A DNA stretch of 64,000 bases from Naegleria gruberi (lineage: Eukaryota). This document shows, piece after piece, positions 22,811 to 34,787 of this stretch. The stretch is from assembly GCA_000004985.1 (NCBI GenBank), contig GG738874.1; one strand, written 5' to 3'. The translations under genes and the position numbers were made by a program. Below the pieces are notes generated by a model. That model did not search any database. It was not told the origin of the DNA and saw nothing but the letters and a program-made list of their open reading frames with translations. The stretch's first letter is position 1. Each line of letters starts with the position of its first letter.

Positions 22811-23974
22811 TTAAAATTGACAATTTATCATTAAATCTGTTAGTTTCTGAGCTATCATTGATTGATAGCATCTTTTCAATGTTGTCTTCTCGAATAAACA
22901 ATTAGAAATATAGTGGTTATTTTTCTCGTTACTATTCACTACATATTTAACCACTTGTGAAATGTCAAAATCAGATATCGACTTGATAATGTGATATTCT
23001 GACACATTTCCATTACCTGTTCGTAAATAGTTAGATATAATTGTATTGACAACATCCCTCTCGTGATAATCGTTTACAATTTGTTCAAGTTCTGGCATTA
23101 ATTGAGCTTCAAAAGGTCTTTCAAATTTGATATAATTCCTCAACTTTTTCATCATTAAATCTGGTTTGGTAAAGAGAAGAATTATTCTCGTATTCGAATG
23201 ATTTCCAATCAATTCCTTGTAGAGTTTCAAACTTTCGTCCATTCTATTAACCTTCTCATCTCCATAACATGTTTGATTAAATTCTGAAAGAGAAACTACA
23301 TAAATCAAAACTGAAACTTGATTTTCCAAACAATATCTCCACTTTCGTCTTTCATGAATTTTTCCACCTGCTGTCACAAATGTCAATCTATTCTTATTAA
23401 AAATAACACTATAATCAATTATTCCAGAAGATCCTCCCTTAATATAAATATCTGGAATAAACCTCTCTCGATTCTTAATTTTTGACACAAAAATGTCAAC
23501 ATTCTCAAATAAATTCAATGTATCCTGATTAGTTCTATAAATCTTTCTAAATCTATCATCATTCCACAATGCAACAAGTGCATGATCATCAAAATTTCCA
23601 TTCGGTACCTTTTCATTAATAATAAACTCAACTGTCCTATCACTCGATGACGATGACGATGAGTACAAAATTTGTTGAATGATAATTCGTGAAATTGTAT
23701 TCGTATCGACGTGATAGAAAGAGTCGGAAGTTTTATCGATGGAAGTAAAATGTTCCTTCTTTCTATTTTCATATCGAATCATTTCACAGATGGTTGTCTT
23801 TCCACTTGATGTGTTTCCAAGGAGGACGAATCTCTTTTCTTCCACGTCGTCATTAGCAAGATTATTCGAATGGTTATTCGAAGGAGAAGACGAAATAAAC
23901 GTGTTTTGAATTGCGTTACTGTTAACGACGTTGGCGTGTTGCTGTTGTTGAAGTGTTGAGAGCTTCCCACCCAT
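22811..23974 (-). CDS. Divergent heterotrimeric G-protein alpha-subunit-like protein 1 (387 aa), probable pseudo-GTPase
   Basis: MGGKLST N-terminus fits the MGxxxS myristoylation consensus. P-loop-like LLGNTSSGKTTICEMIRY. G-alpha-specific block TAGGKIHERRKWRYCLENQVSVLIYVVSLSEFN aligns to [32 protein letters not shown]. TKPD aligns to NKKD. The switch II Gln is replaced by Lys and the switch I Arg is absent. Confidence 0.6.
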   Translation of the reverse strand: MGGKLSTLQQQQHANVVNSNAIQNTFISSSPSNNHSNNLANDDVEEKRFVLLGNTSSGKTTICEMIRYENRKKEHFTSIDKTSDSFYHVDTNTISRIIIQQILYSSSSSSSDRTVEFIINEKVPNGNFDDHALVALWNDDRFRKIYRTNQDTLNLFENVDIFVSKIKNRERFIPDIYIKGGSSGIIDYSVIFNKNRLTFVTAGGKIHERRKWRYCLENQVSVLIYVVSLSEFNQTCYGDEKVNRMDESLKLYKELIGNHSNTRIILLFTKPDLMMKKLRNYIKFERPFEAQLMPELEQIVNDYHERDVVNTIISNYLRTGNGNVSEYHIIKSISDFDISQVVKYVVNSNEKNNHYISNCLFEKTTLKRCYQSMIAQKLTDLMINCQF

Positions 23975-24728
23975 TTTTTTTTATCTGATTCTTTTCGAAA
24001 GGTTTCACTAGTAATGCTCGAATTGGAAGGAAGAGTCCAAAGATGGTCTTCCAGCTGCTGTTGGAATCTGTAAATCTTTAGCTTAATATTTATTACTGTT
24101 CGATACCAGCTTGGCTAGACAGTAAATTTTATTATTAAAAAATGGCGGGAAAAGCTGTGAACGAATGTTTCTTCCCCATTTCGTTCACTATTGAGCAAAA
24201 GGAACTGAAAAACTCGTCGACACCAGATGTGGTGGTGGCAAAAAAGCGCAGAAAAAAACGACACAAATATATATCAGGTGCATATCAAAGGTTGTTTGAT
24301 TTTGAAACCAACTTGTTCACTCGCTTTTTATCAATTGTCTTACCAAATGATGAAGATTTGAAAATAGTCCAGTGGTCATATATCCTTAGTGTCATTGTAT
24401 TCCATCTAGTCTTCCAATTTATTTTACCGTGTTACCTCGCTTGCAAAGTGGAAGAAAAAGATATTTTGCAAGGGAAGCTATTGTGATTTTGTGTGGCTTG
24501 GTCAATTATTCACTAGAAGAAAAAAAGGTGATTGAAAGGGAAGAAAATATTTTCACGCTTTTTCTGTCCACGTGTGTTCATCATTAGAGAAGAGAACACT
24601 TTCAACATCACGTTCATCAATTTATAGAATATACTTCTTCCTTTTTGTGTGAGTATTCAGAAGTGTAACAACAAAAGAAAAAGAAGAATTTTAAACAATT
24701 TTGCCTACTACACTACTTCATCATCATT

Positions 24729-26698
24729 ATGTCCATCGGAAAGTTAATACAGTCATCAGCCTTGTTAAGTCAAGTTGCTGGACAGGCTAATCAATTGTTT
24801 GATTCAATACTTTCCTATTTATTAATTAATTTAGGTTCTTCATCATCTTTATCAACAACAACTATAGCACAACAAGATACAAACTTGTTGCACAATATCA
24901 TCAATAACAACAACAATATTATTGGATCATCCTTTGGAACAACAACCAATGATATAAATAATAGGACTGAAGAAATAATTTTGGTGAGAGGAGTAACACT
25001 TACAATGGATATTACCTTCTTGTTGGTTCCTTTAATAATCTCGATTGCCATTCCGATCCTCTATGAAATGCTTGTTGTTCGACAATTCCTGGATAAGATT
25101 AAAAAGAAGTTTAAAAGAAAGGCAAGAACACGTTCAACCTATTACGATAAGTTTGGTCAATATCAAGATAGTATTGAGGCATTTGCACTTCAAGATATTG
25201 AAAAGGAGGAGAATGCTAGAAGCACATTGTTTTGGAAATTGGTTTGCTTTTGTGGATGGAGAAATTTCAAAAACTTTTTCTTTACTACTCCATTAGGTGC
25301 AGATAATTCATTGGCAGCAATCAATGAGAATGGAAGCTTTGTAATGTATCATTCAACACCCTTTCAATTATTGGATAGAATGTGTTCCAGTTGCTGCACA
25401 ACTGTCAGTACATCATCCAGTGAAGATCTCGCACCACTCTTTCCATCAGAAAACAATGTGAAAATTCGATCTGTTACATCCAAAAGCGTTCATCAATATA
25501 ACATTTCATGCTGGATTTCTAGTTCAATACTCTTGCTAATACGTATTGGTAATTTCGTATTGGCAGTAGTGACAGCTGTCTACTTGGGAAAGGATGAAAT
25601 ATTCAAGAAGGGCAATCACAATCCTTGGTTCGAATATACCAAATATCTTACCAACAATACTTTCAATCTCTTCCTTGTCTATTCATCACTCGTGCTATTC
25701 TACCATATTATTCTAATGATGACTGCAGGTGTTCTTGTGATCAAGAAGAGAAAACCAACAAGTGGTAACACAGCTACAGTTACTTTTCCATATCATGACA
25801 TTATGCCAAGAAATTTGGAAAAAGTTTTAGAGGTAATTGGTAACATGTTGTGGTTCTTATCAGAGATGAACCTTGTAACTTCTGCTCTTGTTTCTATTGG
25901 GTATGTTATTATTGCTATTGTATAATATTTACCATTAACCTGAAAATTATTTTGAATAATTATTATAATTATTAATGAACTTGCTGAATGATTATCTTAA
26001 GTTTTTGGACAATCATCATACCAACAGGAAATTTCCCAACGGATAGAATTAACTTTATCATTATATCATCACATGGATTGACATTTATTGGAAGTTTTAT
26101 AGAGGCCTTCATGTCAGACTTTTATTTTAAATTCTGGCATGTCTTCATCATTGGCCTTTATTCACCAATTTATCTTCTCTATGTTATTGGATTGAAAGAA
26201 GGTGGATACATTACATCATTCCCATACGGAAATCTTCTCGATTATGACAAGGGAGATTTAGCTTTGGCTGGACATTTCACATTCATCATTGGCATTTATT
26301 TACTCTTCGCCTTGTTCTGGCTCGTCTTGACAGTTTTTAAAAAGTTGATGGTCATCAAGTTTTGTGCCAGTTATGCCTTCCCTTCAACACTTGGACATCG
26401 TTCTTCTATTCCTCATAGTGCATCATCAGGATCATTGGAAAGAAGAGCCAGTTCGACCCCATACTATCAATCCACTTTTAAAGTTGGTTCTCCCGATAGA
26501 ACAATTTCACCAACTCTTCTCCAACAACATGCTCGTTCCATCAGTTTATCGAGTAGTGGTTATGGTGATGAAGAGGAGGAACAATTTACATCACTCCCAG
26601 CCAATTCAACCCTACAAACAACACCTACTCCATCCTCTACAGCTCAGCATCACAAGAGAACCTTTTCTTATGGCAGTACAAGCCATAGCCAGCAATAA
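24729..26698 (+). CDS. Multi-pass (~7 TM) membrane protein with a Ser/Thr-rich C-terminal tail, probably two exons: join(24729..25900,26002..26698)
   Basis: Two adjacent ORFs with similar hydrophobic-segment architecture. GTATGT at 25901 (phase 2) and AG at 26000-26001 give a phase-compatible 101-nt intron joining ...LVSIG to FWTIIIP.... About seven predicted TM helices. Start lies 754 bp head-to-head from the G-alpha-like gene. Confidence 0.35.
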
Positions 26699-27302
26699 TT
26701 TTACATCATCAGCCCACAGTACAATAATTTCAAGTGAAATTAGCCCAACAAAATAGAATGTGAGAAGGGCTTTAAAGTGTTAAAGGGTTGGCTAGAAACT
26801 GGACCATTCGAAGTTTGTGTGTCACTGCTTGTTGCTTTGTGATATCTTGTATTTGGAAAGACTTCTCTTCTGGAGCCGTGAGTGTTACGCGATGACAGTT
26901 TGGGTAATACAAATCTGTCAGAAAGGTGTAACAAATTCGAAACTTTTGCCAAGTTAACAACGCACGTTGCTGCATCAATGTTGCCAAAATGATCCAATGA
27001 AGTTATTCACCTCCTAATCGTTTCATGAATCTGCTTGTAACGATACTTTTCACATCTCTTGAGGTAACAAAACAATCATTTGTTGTCTCTTGTTGAGAAA
27101 GATGATTCACCATCATTTCAAAACAAATACCCCAACCAACAACAACTAGAGCAAATTACTCTTAGCCGAGTTGTAGCAGTAATTTGTAAATCTTCATTAA
27201 CAACAACAACAAGAATACCTTTCTTCTCTAAAATCATTAAAATTATTATTAACCAACTTTCGGTAGCTCTTTCTAACACTTTCTCACAACACCATTTTCT
27301 AA

Positions 27303-28889
27303 ATGTCAAGCGATAACACTAATGGTGGAACAACCTCAAGTGGTCCAGTTCTCTCCCAATCGGCAACTGATGTCTCATCTCCAACCGAAATTAAAGCCAA
27401 AAAGAAGGTTGTCATTAATGCTGAACCAACCCACGGTCCAATGTCAGTAGCTTCCAACACTACAAAAACCTCTGCCTCTGCTAAAGGAGCTCTCAAAGTC
27501 AATACATGTTGTGGTGTTGTTGAACTGACACCTATGAAATTAGCCTGTTTGATTGGTATGGCTATTACTGTCGTTGCCTTTGTTGCTTTGGGTGTTATTT
27601 CAATTACAAGCTTTGTTTATTCGAGCAGTAAGAAAATTGACCTTTTAATTACCTATGCAGATATCAGATATTACAGATCACAAGCTATGGCTGCTGTCAA
27701 GATGGCTGCTTATTCTAATGTATGTTTTATAATTATTTGATCAAACTGAACTGTTATTTCCACAAATTAACAATGTTGTCAACCTTTTAACAATGATGAC
27801 AACTAACATTAATTGATAACCAATAATTTAATGATGACAATTCAATAGGATTTTAATCAATACTATGATATCTACACTTCCAACAATAACAATTTAACAA
27901 ACCTCATCACGTCGATCAGAACAATTTTCCAAAATGATGCCACAGCCAATGCCCTCTTCACCAAGACCACTCTGACAGCAAAGAGTAAATTGGAAGGTTT
28001 TAATACCTATATCTTTGGTTTATTGAGACAAGGCAGTTATCAACAAGATGCTATTGACACAGTGAATAGTCAAGATTATAAGGACACTGATAATCTTTTC
28101 TATTCTGGTTTAACTTCCCTATTGAACTATGTCGTTACTTCGGAACAATCCAAAGACAATAGTGTCATTGCTTCCAACCTAGTTCAATTGGTAATTATTG
28201 TGATTGCCTTGGTGATTGTTTTGCCAGTTTTAGTATTCGTCTTTACTTATGCCATCAATCGTGACTCACTCTATTTGGAAAAGATTAGACGTGCCAATTC
28301 CATCATGTTATTGGATACAATTGCTGATAGTAATTTACGTTCTCTCTTCAAAGCTCATTGTGAAAAGGAAAAGTCAACTGAAAACTTTTTACTCTTAGAA
28401 AAGATTCACAACTATAAGGCCATGTGTGAAAGAGTCGACGATTTAAATATGAAATTATATGGAGATAGCACAATTTCTGATACTGCTAGTGCTTCTTCAA
28501 AGACTGATTCAACTGCCACTGCTGAGTCAGTTCCAAAACTCAAGAAGGAACAAGTTGCCAAGTATGAAAAAGAGCTCAATGAAATGGAAGGTAAAAAGTA
28601 TGAATTGGCCTTTGAAATTTACTCCTATCACTTGGATATCAACGGTGACATGGCTGCCAACGTAACCAAGAGCAAGTGTGACAAGGTTAAGGTTCAACTC
28701 GATAATTACAATACCAAACAAATCGAAAGTTTACCACTCGATTTATTCAAACAAATTGAAAAGGAAGTTTGTTTGACCATGATGGACACTCACAATAGAT
28801 TCAAATCATCCATTGCCTTCCAAAAGGAAATGAAAATTCACAAGCTTAACGTTGAAAAGATTAAGGCTAAGCATAAGAATAAGTTTTAA
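27303..28889 (+). CDS. Membrane-anchored RGS-domain protein (2 TM + RGS), two exons: join(27303..27719,27849..28889)
   Basis: Exon 1 (ATG 27303) encodes an N-terminal region with TM1 (ACLIGMAITVVAFVALGVISI) and ends in phase 0 before GTATGT at 27720. Acceptor is ttcaatAG at 27847-27848. Exon 2 contains TM2 (VQLVIIVIALVIVLPVLVFVFTYAI) and an RGS-like core (LRSLFKAHCEKEKSTENFLLLEKIHNYK). Collinear with the paralog at 62788-64000(-), which encodes the same architecture in a single ORF. Confidence 0.5.
27720..27848 (+). other. Intron, 129 nt, GTATGT...CAATAG, phase 0
   Basis: Donor immediately follows codon N139. The downstream exon is in frame and homologous to the continuous paralog. Confidence 0.45.
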
Positions 28890-29267
28890 ATTTTTGAGAG
28901 GAGAGAAAAATAATTACCCACCAAGTAGAATATATCTGATACCTTGCTGCTGCTGTGTGTGTAATTAATATTGTATCATAATAATATTAAAATAATGAAT
29001 TTTTGTAAATTGTAATAGAACATCATATTCTCCTCGGGTTGCCTTTTTTGATCAAACTGAATCTGTAAAAAATGGCGTTAATCAAACCGCGGGAAATCGT
29101 TAGTTGATTTTAGAAGGCTTGTTGTTGTATGGAAAGTGCATGGAGATATTACCATAACTCTCATGATTGGAGAAATATTAAAGTGGAAAGGAAGGCTATT
29201 TTGAATGTGAAAATATTCCATCCGATAATTTTATTATTTAATATTATTTTTAAAATTTAAATTTAAT

Positions 29268-32200
29268 TTATTGGGTATTGGCAAAGAGGTTGGAAACACT
29301 TCTATTGTTTGAGTAGAGGAGTGGATTGTTTTTCAAGTGTCTGTGATGTTTGTCATTGAGCAAATAGGTCTTGACAATTCCCTTTCCTTTCACATCAACT
29401 TCTCTCTCTTCAAAATCATATCCCAAATCGAAAACTCTTTCATAAGTTGATCTGGAGATTTGAATTCGTCCATTCTTTGAAGTGGATTCCATTCGAGAAG
29501 CAATATTGATGGTATCACCCCATAAATCGTAGGCAAACTTTTTCATTCCAATCACTCCAGCAACAACTGATCCTGTATTAATTCCAACTCGAATATTGAT
29601 TTGTTGAGGTGGTGGAGAGGATGATTTCACCTTTAATTCATTATCTGTTTCCTTAACAACCTCCTCTTGTTCATTATTATCAACAGATTTGAGTCGATTT
29701 GAATTGAAATCATTTATCACTCCAAATGTTTCAATTGCAAATTTTAAAACTCTTTCAGGATGATCACTTGTTGCAGCTCCAGGTAATCCACCCACTGCAA
29801 AATAGGCATCTCCAATTGTTTTGATCTTTTCCAAATCATATTTTTCAGTCAACATGTCAAATCCATTCACAATTGAGTTCAACATCATTACTAAATCAGT
29901 GGCTTGCATATTACTACTTATGGCTGTAAATCCAACCATATCTGAAAAGAAACAAGTGATATCATCCAATTTTTCAGCAATGAATGTATGTCCACTTTTC
30001 AATCTTGAAGCAACACTTGTTGGTAAGATATTCTTCAAGAGATTATCCGATTTTTGTTTCTCTTCACTCAATAAGGCATTTTGTTTCTTTTCAGAAGTTA
30101 AATCTTTCATTGTGACAATCAGAATATTTCTCATTGAACCTCTTTCACCTTGAATTTTGACAGTGAAGAGTGTTATTTTGCAAGGGAATTTGGTTTGATT
30201 TCTTCTGATACAATCTAATTCAACAATTTCACATTTTCCATTTCCTTCTTCACTCTCCTTGCTGGATTGTTTCAATTGAACATCTTCATCATCTTGATCT
30301 TCATCCTTCTTATCAGAATCTTTTCCACTCTTTTTGAAAATATACTTGATACACTTGTTGAGTTCATCTTGGTGTGTTGATTCAACCAATTGTGAAATTG
30401 AAGTTCCCAAAACATCAATTGGTTTCATTCCAAACATTTTCAATGCAGAATAATTCAAAAATTCAATTTCATGATTCTCATTACAAATAATACTTCCTTC
30501 AACACTTGAATTGAAAACATTCTTCAAATCAGAAATGGATGAAGCGGAAGATGATGATGATTTGTCCTTCTTTTTCATTCTTGTACTCAATGAATTGGTA
30601 TTGTTATAGAGGATAAAGTTTCTCAATGTTTCATTCCTCTCTAAAACTTCAACTGGAATATATTGTGACATTAATCGAAGTGAATGTAATTGACCACAAT
30701 AATTGGAGTAGATGATATACATCAGAAAGAAGAAAACCATACACCCAACAATTTCCACACCTGCAAAGCTTATTACTACATCATAAGAGGGAGCTGTAGA
30801 GGAGGAAATGAATGCCTTGATGAAAATTGTGAACTTGTTACTCAATGCTAGTGCCATTCTCATAGCAAGGTTATGCCGTATCCCTAAATCAGCTATTGGA
30901 AGAAGAATACCTTTTGGAGTTGCTGCCTTTTGAAGAGAATTTTGCTTTCTGGAGTCAGTCAATAATTGAGGAACCAGGGTCATGTAATCATTCAAAAGTG
31001 TTTCCAAACCGATGCAGTACATCATATTTGTTTCTATTGTAAGAGTCATATTATTTTCTTGCAAATAGTCAGAGCAATTAGATGAAACGCCATGATTAAT
31101 AAGTGAGTCAACACCTGGATACATTCCTAAAATTGGTCTGGTACCAACAGAGGCATCCCCATAAATTAATCTTGACCACATACTACTAAGAGTTGGTAAT
31201 CTATTTGTTGCTCTGTCAAAGAGTACATTGAAATTTGTAACAGTATTGAATAATCTTGGATCACCATATGTAACATTTCTTTTGAAATTAACTGCCAATG
31301 GAGAAATATTGTTTGAAATTTCACTTGCAACAAAGTAGGTCATTACTTCACCTGTGTTAAATGCGATTCTCTGTACAGATGTTGCAGCTTGAATACTTAA
31401 TCTTACATTGTTCATCACTCTACCAGCAGTTTGGGCATTGAAGTCGCTTTCATAATAGAACATGGCAATACTTGCACATGTAAATAAGGTAATCAGCGAA
31501 ATCAAAATAATTGTTGAAATGTTTGATTTCATTTTGGCAAGTGAGAAAGTATTGTCAGCATTATTGGCAGTATCAGTTGTTTTGTTGTTGAGAGAGTGAA
31601 ATATTTTTCCAATCACATCTTTGCTCAAATGTTTTTCATATATTTTCACAATTTTTGTCATATGACTCATTTCAAATATCATATAACTCAAATAAGCAAT
31701 ACTGATCAAAAAGAATGCAACTAGAACTGCACCTGAATAATACACCAAATTTTGAGTTGTTAGATCTACTGCATCTGTTGATCTATCAAGATAACGGGCG
31801 CAAAAAGTATCAAAAGCCAGTGAAGCAGTTTCTCTATTCGCAAACAGGAACATGAAATTGTAATTCTTCAATGGGTGAAAGTACAAATCAGTTGCTGCAA
31901 TATTTAGCAATAGAGTTTGATAGGACGGATCATAGTTATGGCTTGAAATATTTGTCAACAAGTTAATTGGAAAGGTGTCAATCATATTTTGGGTATACTT
32001 GATCATGTGGTTTGTAAATTCAAGAATGGATATATTCTTTTGACTTGCACTTCCTAAATCATACAAATTCAAATCTTTTGAATTTTCATTTGGAAAGTTA
32101 CAAGTGTAAATGTTAGCAGAATAATCTGAATATACATCTACATCGAAAGAATTACTTTGACTCAATTTGATAAGATTCTTGTAAATATCAATATTGTCTT

Positions 32201-34748
32201 GCAATCGTTTGTAGGAATTCTTGATATATTCAGTTTTGGAAAGAGTCTCATATCCTTGATAGGTATTTGGCCATGGATATTCAAAAAACATGAAGGTATT
32301 AATGAAGTTCTGTGTTGCCCTAATGTTTCTAAGTACAGAGTAAGGAGAAATACTTGGTTGACAAACTTGTTGGAGGTAAGGAACTCCTGATTTTACCATA
32401 TTTGAATAATAGGCACTGAGAGCCAGTGATGCAACAAACAGAGCAACAACAACCAGGGCGTAAATGCAAGTGATAGATAGTGTGAGAGTATTTGATCTTT
32501 GTGATGAAATGGCATTCTTGAAAATTTGCTCCTTTTTAATCTTTGGATTTTCAAATGCACTTGCCATATCATCTTCATTTGGTTCCTCTTGAGCCAAGTA
32601 CATTTCATAAGTATTTTTTACCTCTGACACAAGTGGCATAATTCTATTTCCTCTCTTATTGACTGTATTATTTGCAAATGAAGCTTTCCTTCTCTTTTTA
32701 ATTTCCTCTTCTTCAATGGAGGACGCTTCATTGTAATAGTATTGTGCTAATTCTGAATTGAATTCAAAATTTTCCAAAAAGTTTCCATATAATCTGAGAA
32801 GTGTCTTGTTATTCTTATTGTTGAAAATTAAATTTTGCAACGTATTTCTACATTGAGTGGTCAAAGCATAAATGGAACGATTAATCTTTTCAACAGATGA
32901 ATAATTAATTCTTTCAGAGGCCATTTCTTTCCAAAAGTTTCTGTGAAGAACCAACAAGTTATTTTGATTCTTTTCTAGAATATCTAATTGAGAGGTTAAT
33001 TCAAATGAATTGCTTGTTGATTTGGATTTTAAATTGAATGATTCAATTTGTTTCATTTTCTCTCTGATTTTAAATTGTTGGAAAATGTTTGGATGTTGTG
33101 ATGAGGCTCTTTTCAATAAACTCATTGAAAAGACACAATTATTTGAATCTAACCATTGTGTTTGAATCAAGAGTGCAGAATAGATTAATAGATCAACATT
33201 ATTGAATGATTTTTGATGAGCTGCACCTCTTATGAAAGACATGGCCAATTCACAATCTTTCAATATTTGATTATTTTCAGTAGTGCTATTATTGTTAGTA
33301 TTATTGGATGATTTGTTTAGTGTAGAATTGGATAAACATGATTTGATGAATAATTTCAATAATGATAACTTGTTGAAATCTTCAAACATGTAATATAAAT
33401 TCATTGCATTCTTTTCAATTAAAATAAGTGATGAAATGGTTCCATAATTTTCATGACCTTCAATTCCATTCAATATCATATTTCTTGCTCTCTTCAATTG
33501 TAAACGTTGATACAGTTCCATTGTCAATGTGCCAACAGTAAAGAAAATGATAATAAGAGCAAGTGTCATTAATGAAAATGCAATTCCCATCATTTCAAAA
33601 TTGGCCCTCTCAGAATCTGAAGATGAAGATGTTATCGATGATGAATTGACCAATGAAGAAACGAGTGAACCAATACTCGCACCAACTCTTGCTGACATTA
33701 CACCAAAATACAATGAATTTTCAAATCTTCTCAAACATGGCATGCTATAGAATACCAAAACACAACAAATTAGTGAAACTAGTAAATGAAAAATTGCTGA
33801 TATGAAAATATAATTGGTTGGTAATAATTGAGACAATACCAATTGTAAAATACTCAGACAACCAATCAAACTAAAAATGAATGGATTTTCAATCAACATT
33901 GGAATTTGAGATTCTGGATTTGAATTGCATGTTATAAATTCTGATAATGGAAAGACAAAAGTGACCAAAACTAAAATTGAAATAATTGAAAGAATTAACA
34001 TGATCAAATTGGTGGTGTCATTAATACATGCTTGATTCGGATATCTCATCAATGAAGCAATCATATCAGAAGATTCATCAGCATCATTCATCATCATTGT
34101 TGAACTACAATTGAGAAAACCAAGCAACACATAAACAAACAACAAGGAGAATGGTTTTACAATCAAAGCACAATAAAAAGTAAACCATTTCAATTTCTTA
34201 TAATACTTGTTCTGTTTGTTGGCTAATCGAATTGAAATTACATAAAAAACAGCCATAATCAATATAATTGCAATGAAAACAGAACCAATTCCAACAACAC
34301 CCAAATAAGGAATCATTCTTGCAATCAAAGTCGTTGGAAAATTGAAAGCATCAATTAAAATATAACTTCCAACATGTCCCCATTTAAAATCTGAAAGAGT
34401 TGTCATGAAAATTAAACACCACATCCAATAAACATTCACAAATAAAAAGATTGAATAATTTTTCCATCCCTTCTTTGCCTCACAATCTTGTAAAGTGATA
34501 ATACTATTGGTGAGTAATATCTTTGCCTGATAAGTGATTGAATTAGTTTCGGTTGTGGTTGTATGAGTGTTGGCACTGTGCAAACTTTCAGAGCCAACAT
34601 GAGATGGTGTTGGTTGTAAGAGATTAGATGGATGTTGTTGCTGAGCATTGAAGGAGAAGGCAGCGCTGTAGGAATCGAATAAATTATTGGAAGAAATGTT
34701 TCGTGTTGTTTCGTTTGGATTGGAATGATTTGAGTTGGATTCCTCCAT
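29268..34748 (-). CDS. Multi-TM PAS-domain class III nucleotidyl (adenylyl/guanylyl) cyclase, copy 1, 1826 aa
   Basis: True ATG at 34748. Two clusters of TM helices, a PAS-like segment (EGSIICNENHEIEFLNYSALKMFGMKPIDVLGTSISQLVE) and a catalytic CHD domain (FFSDMVGFTAISS...IKTIGDAYFAVGGLPG...GINTGSVVAGVIG...WGDTINIASRMEST). Confidence 0.7.
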   Translation of the reverse strand: MEESNSNHSNPNETTRNISSNNLFDSYSAAFSFNAQQQHPSNLLQPTPSHVGSESLHSANTHTTTTETNSITYQAKILLTNSIITLQDCEAKKGWKNYSIFLFVNVYWMWCLIFMTTLSDFKWGHVGSYILIDAFNFPTTLIARMIPYLGVVGIGSVFIAIILIMAVFYVISIRLANKQNKYYKKLKWFTFYCALIVKPFSLLFVYVLLGFLNCSSTMMMNDADESSDMIASLMRYPNQACINDTTNLIMLILSIISILVLVTFVFPLSEFITCNSNPESQIPMLIENPFIFSLIGCLSILQLVLSQLLPTNYIFISAIFHLLVSLICCVLVFYSMPCLRRFENSLYFGVMSARVGASIGSLVSSLVNSSSITSSSSDSERANFEMMGIAFSLMTLALIIIFFTVGTLTMELYQRLQLKRARNMILNGIEGHENYGTISSLILIEKNAMNLYYMFEDFNKLSLLKLFIKSCLSNSTLNKSSNNTNNNSTTENNQILKDCELAMSFIRGAAHQKSFNNVDLLIYSALLIQTQWLDSNNCVFSMSLLKRASSQHPNIFQQFKIREKMKQIESFNLKSKSTSNSFELTSQLDILEKNQNNLLVLHRNFWKEMASERINYSSVEKINRSIYALTTQCRNTLQNLIFNNKNNKTLLRLYGNFLENFEFNSELAQYYYNEASSIEEEEIKKRRKASFANNTVNKRGNRIMPLVSEVKNTYEMYLAQEEPNEDDMASAFENPKIKKEQIFKNAISSQRSNTLTLSITCIYALVVVALFVASLALSAYYSNMVKSGVPYLQQVCQPSISPYSVLRNIRATQNFINTFMFFEYPWPNTYQGYETLSKTEYIKNSYKRLQDNIDIYKNLIKLSQSNSFDVDVYSDYSANIYTCNFPNENSKDLNLYDLGSASQKNISILEFTNHMIKYTQNMIDTFPINLLTNISSHNYDPSYQTLLLNIAATDLYFHPLKNYNFMFLFANRETASLAFDTFCARYLDRSTDAVDLTTQNLVYYSGAVLVAFFLISIAYLSYMIFEMSHMTKIVKIYEKHLSKDVIGKIFHSLNNKTTDTANNADNTFSLAKMKSNISTIILISLITLFTCASIAMFYYESDFNAQTAGRVMNNVRLSIQAATSVQRIAFNTGEVMTYFVASEISNNISPLAVNFKRNVTYGDPRLFNTVTNFNVLFDRATNRLPTLSSMWSRLIYGDASVGTRPILGMYPGVDSLINHGVSSNCSDYLQENNMTLTIETNMMYCIGLETLLNDYMTLVPQLLTDSRKQNSLQKAATPKGILLPIADLGIRHNLAMRMALALSNKFTIFIKAFISSSTAPSYDVVISFAGVEIVGCMVFFFLMYIIYSNYCGQLHSLRLMSQYIPVEVLERNETLRNFILYNNTNSLSTRMKKKDKSSSSSASSISDLKNVFNSSVEGSIICNENHEIEFLNYSALKMFGMKPIDVLGTSISQLVESTHQDELNKCIKYIFKKSGKDSDKKDEDQDDEDVQLKQSSKESEEGNGKCEIVELDCIRRNQTKFPCKITLFTVKIQGERGSMRNILIVTMKDLTSEKKQNALLSEEKQKSDNLLKNILPTSVASRLKSGHTFIAEKLDDITCFFSDMVGFTAISSNMQATDLVMMLNSIVNGFDMLTEKYDLEKIKTIGDAYFAVGGLPGAATSDHPERVLKFAIETFGVINDFNSNRLKSVDNNEQEEVVKETDNELKVKSSSPPPQQINIRVGINTGSVVAGVIGMKKFAYDLWGDTINIASRMESTSKNGRIQISRSTYERVFDLGYDFEEREVDVKGKGIVKTYLLNDKHHRHLKNNPLLYSNNRSVSNLFANTQ

Positions 34749-34787
34749 CTTTCTTTTGGTTTTTTTTTGAAAATTGTAGTTTTTGTG

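Noticed and set aside
24142-24486. 114-aa ORF between the G-alpha-like gene and the 7TM-like gene
   Set aside because: It lies in the shared 5' intergenic or promoter region. It is a short hydrophobic ORF without supporting features and may at most be an upstream exon or uORF.
33529-33750. 73-aa plus-strand ORF conserved at 33529-33750 and 40385-40606; likewise 29821-30153 and 36673-37005
   Set aside because: They are conserved only because the cyclase genes are duplicated and they are antisense to strongly supported coding sequence.
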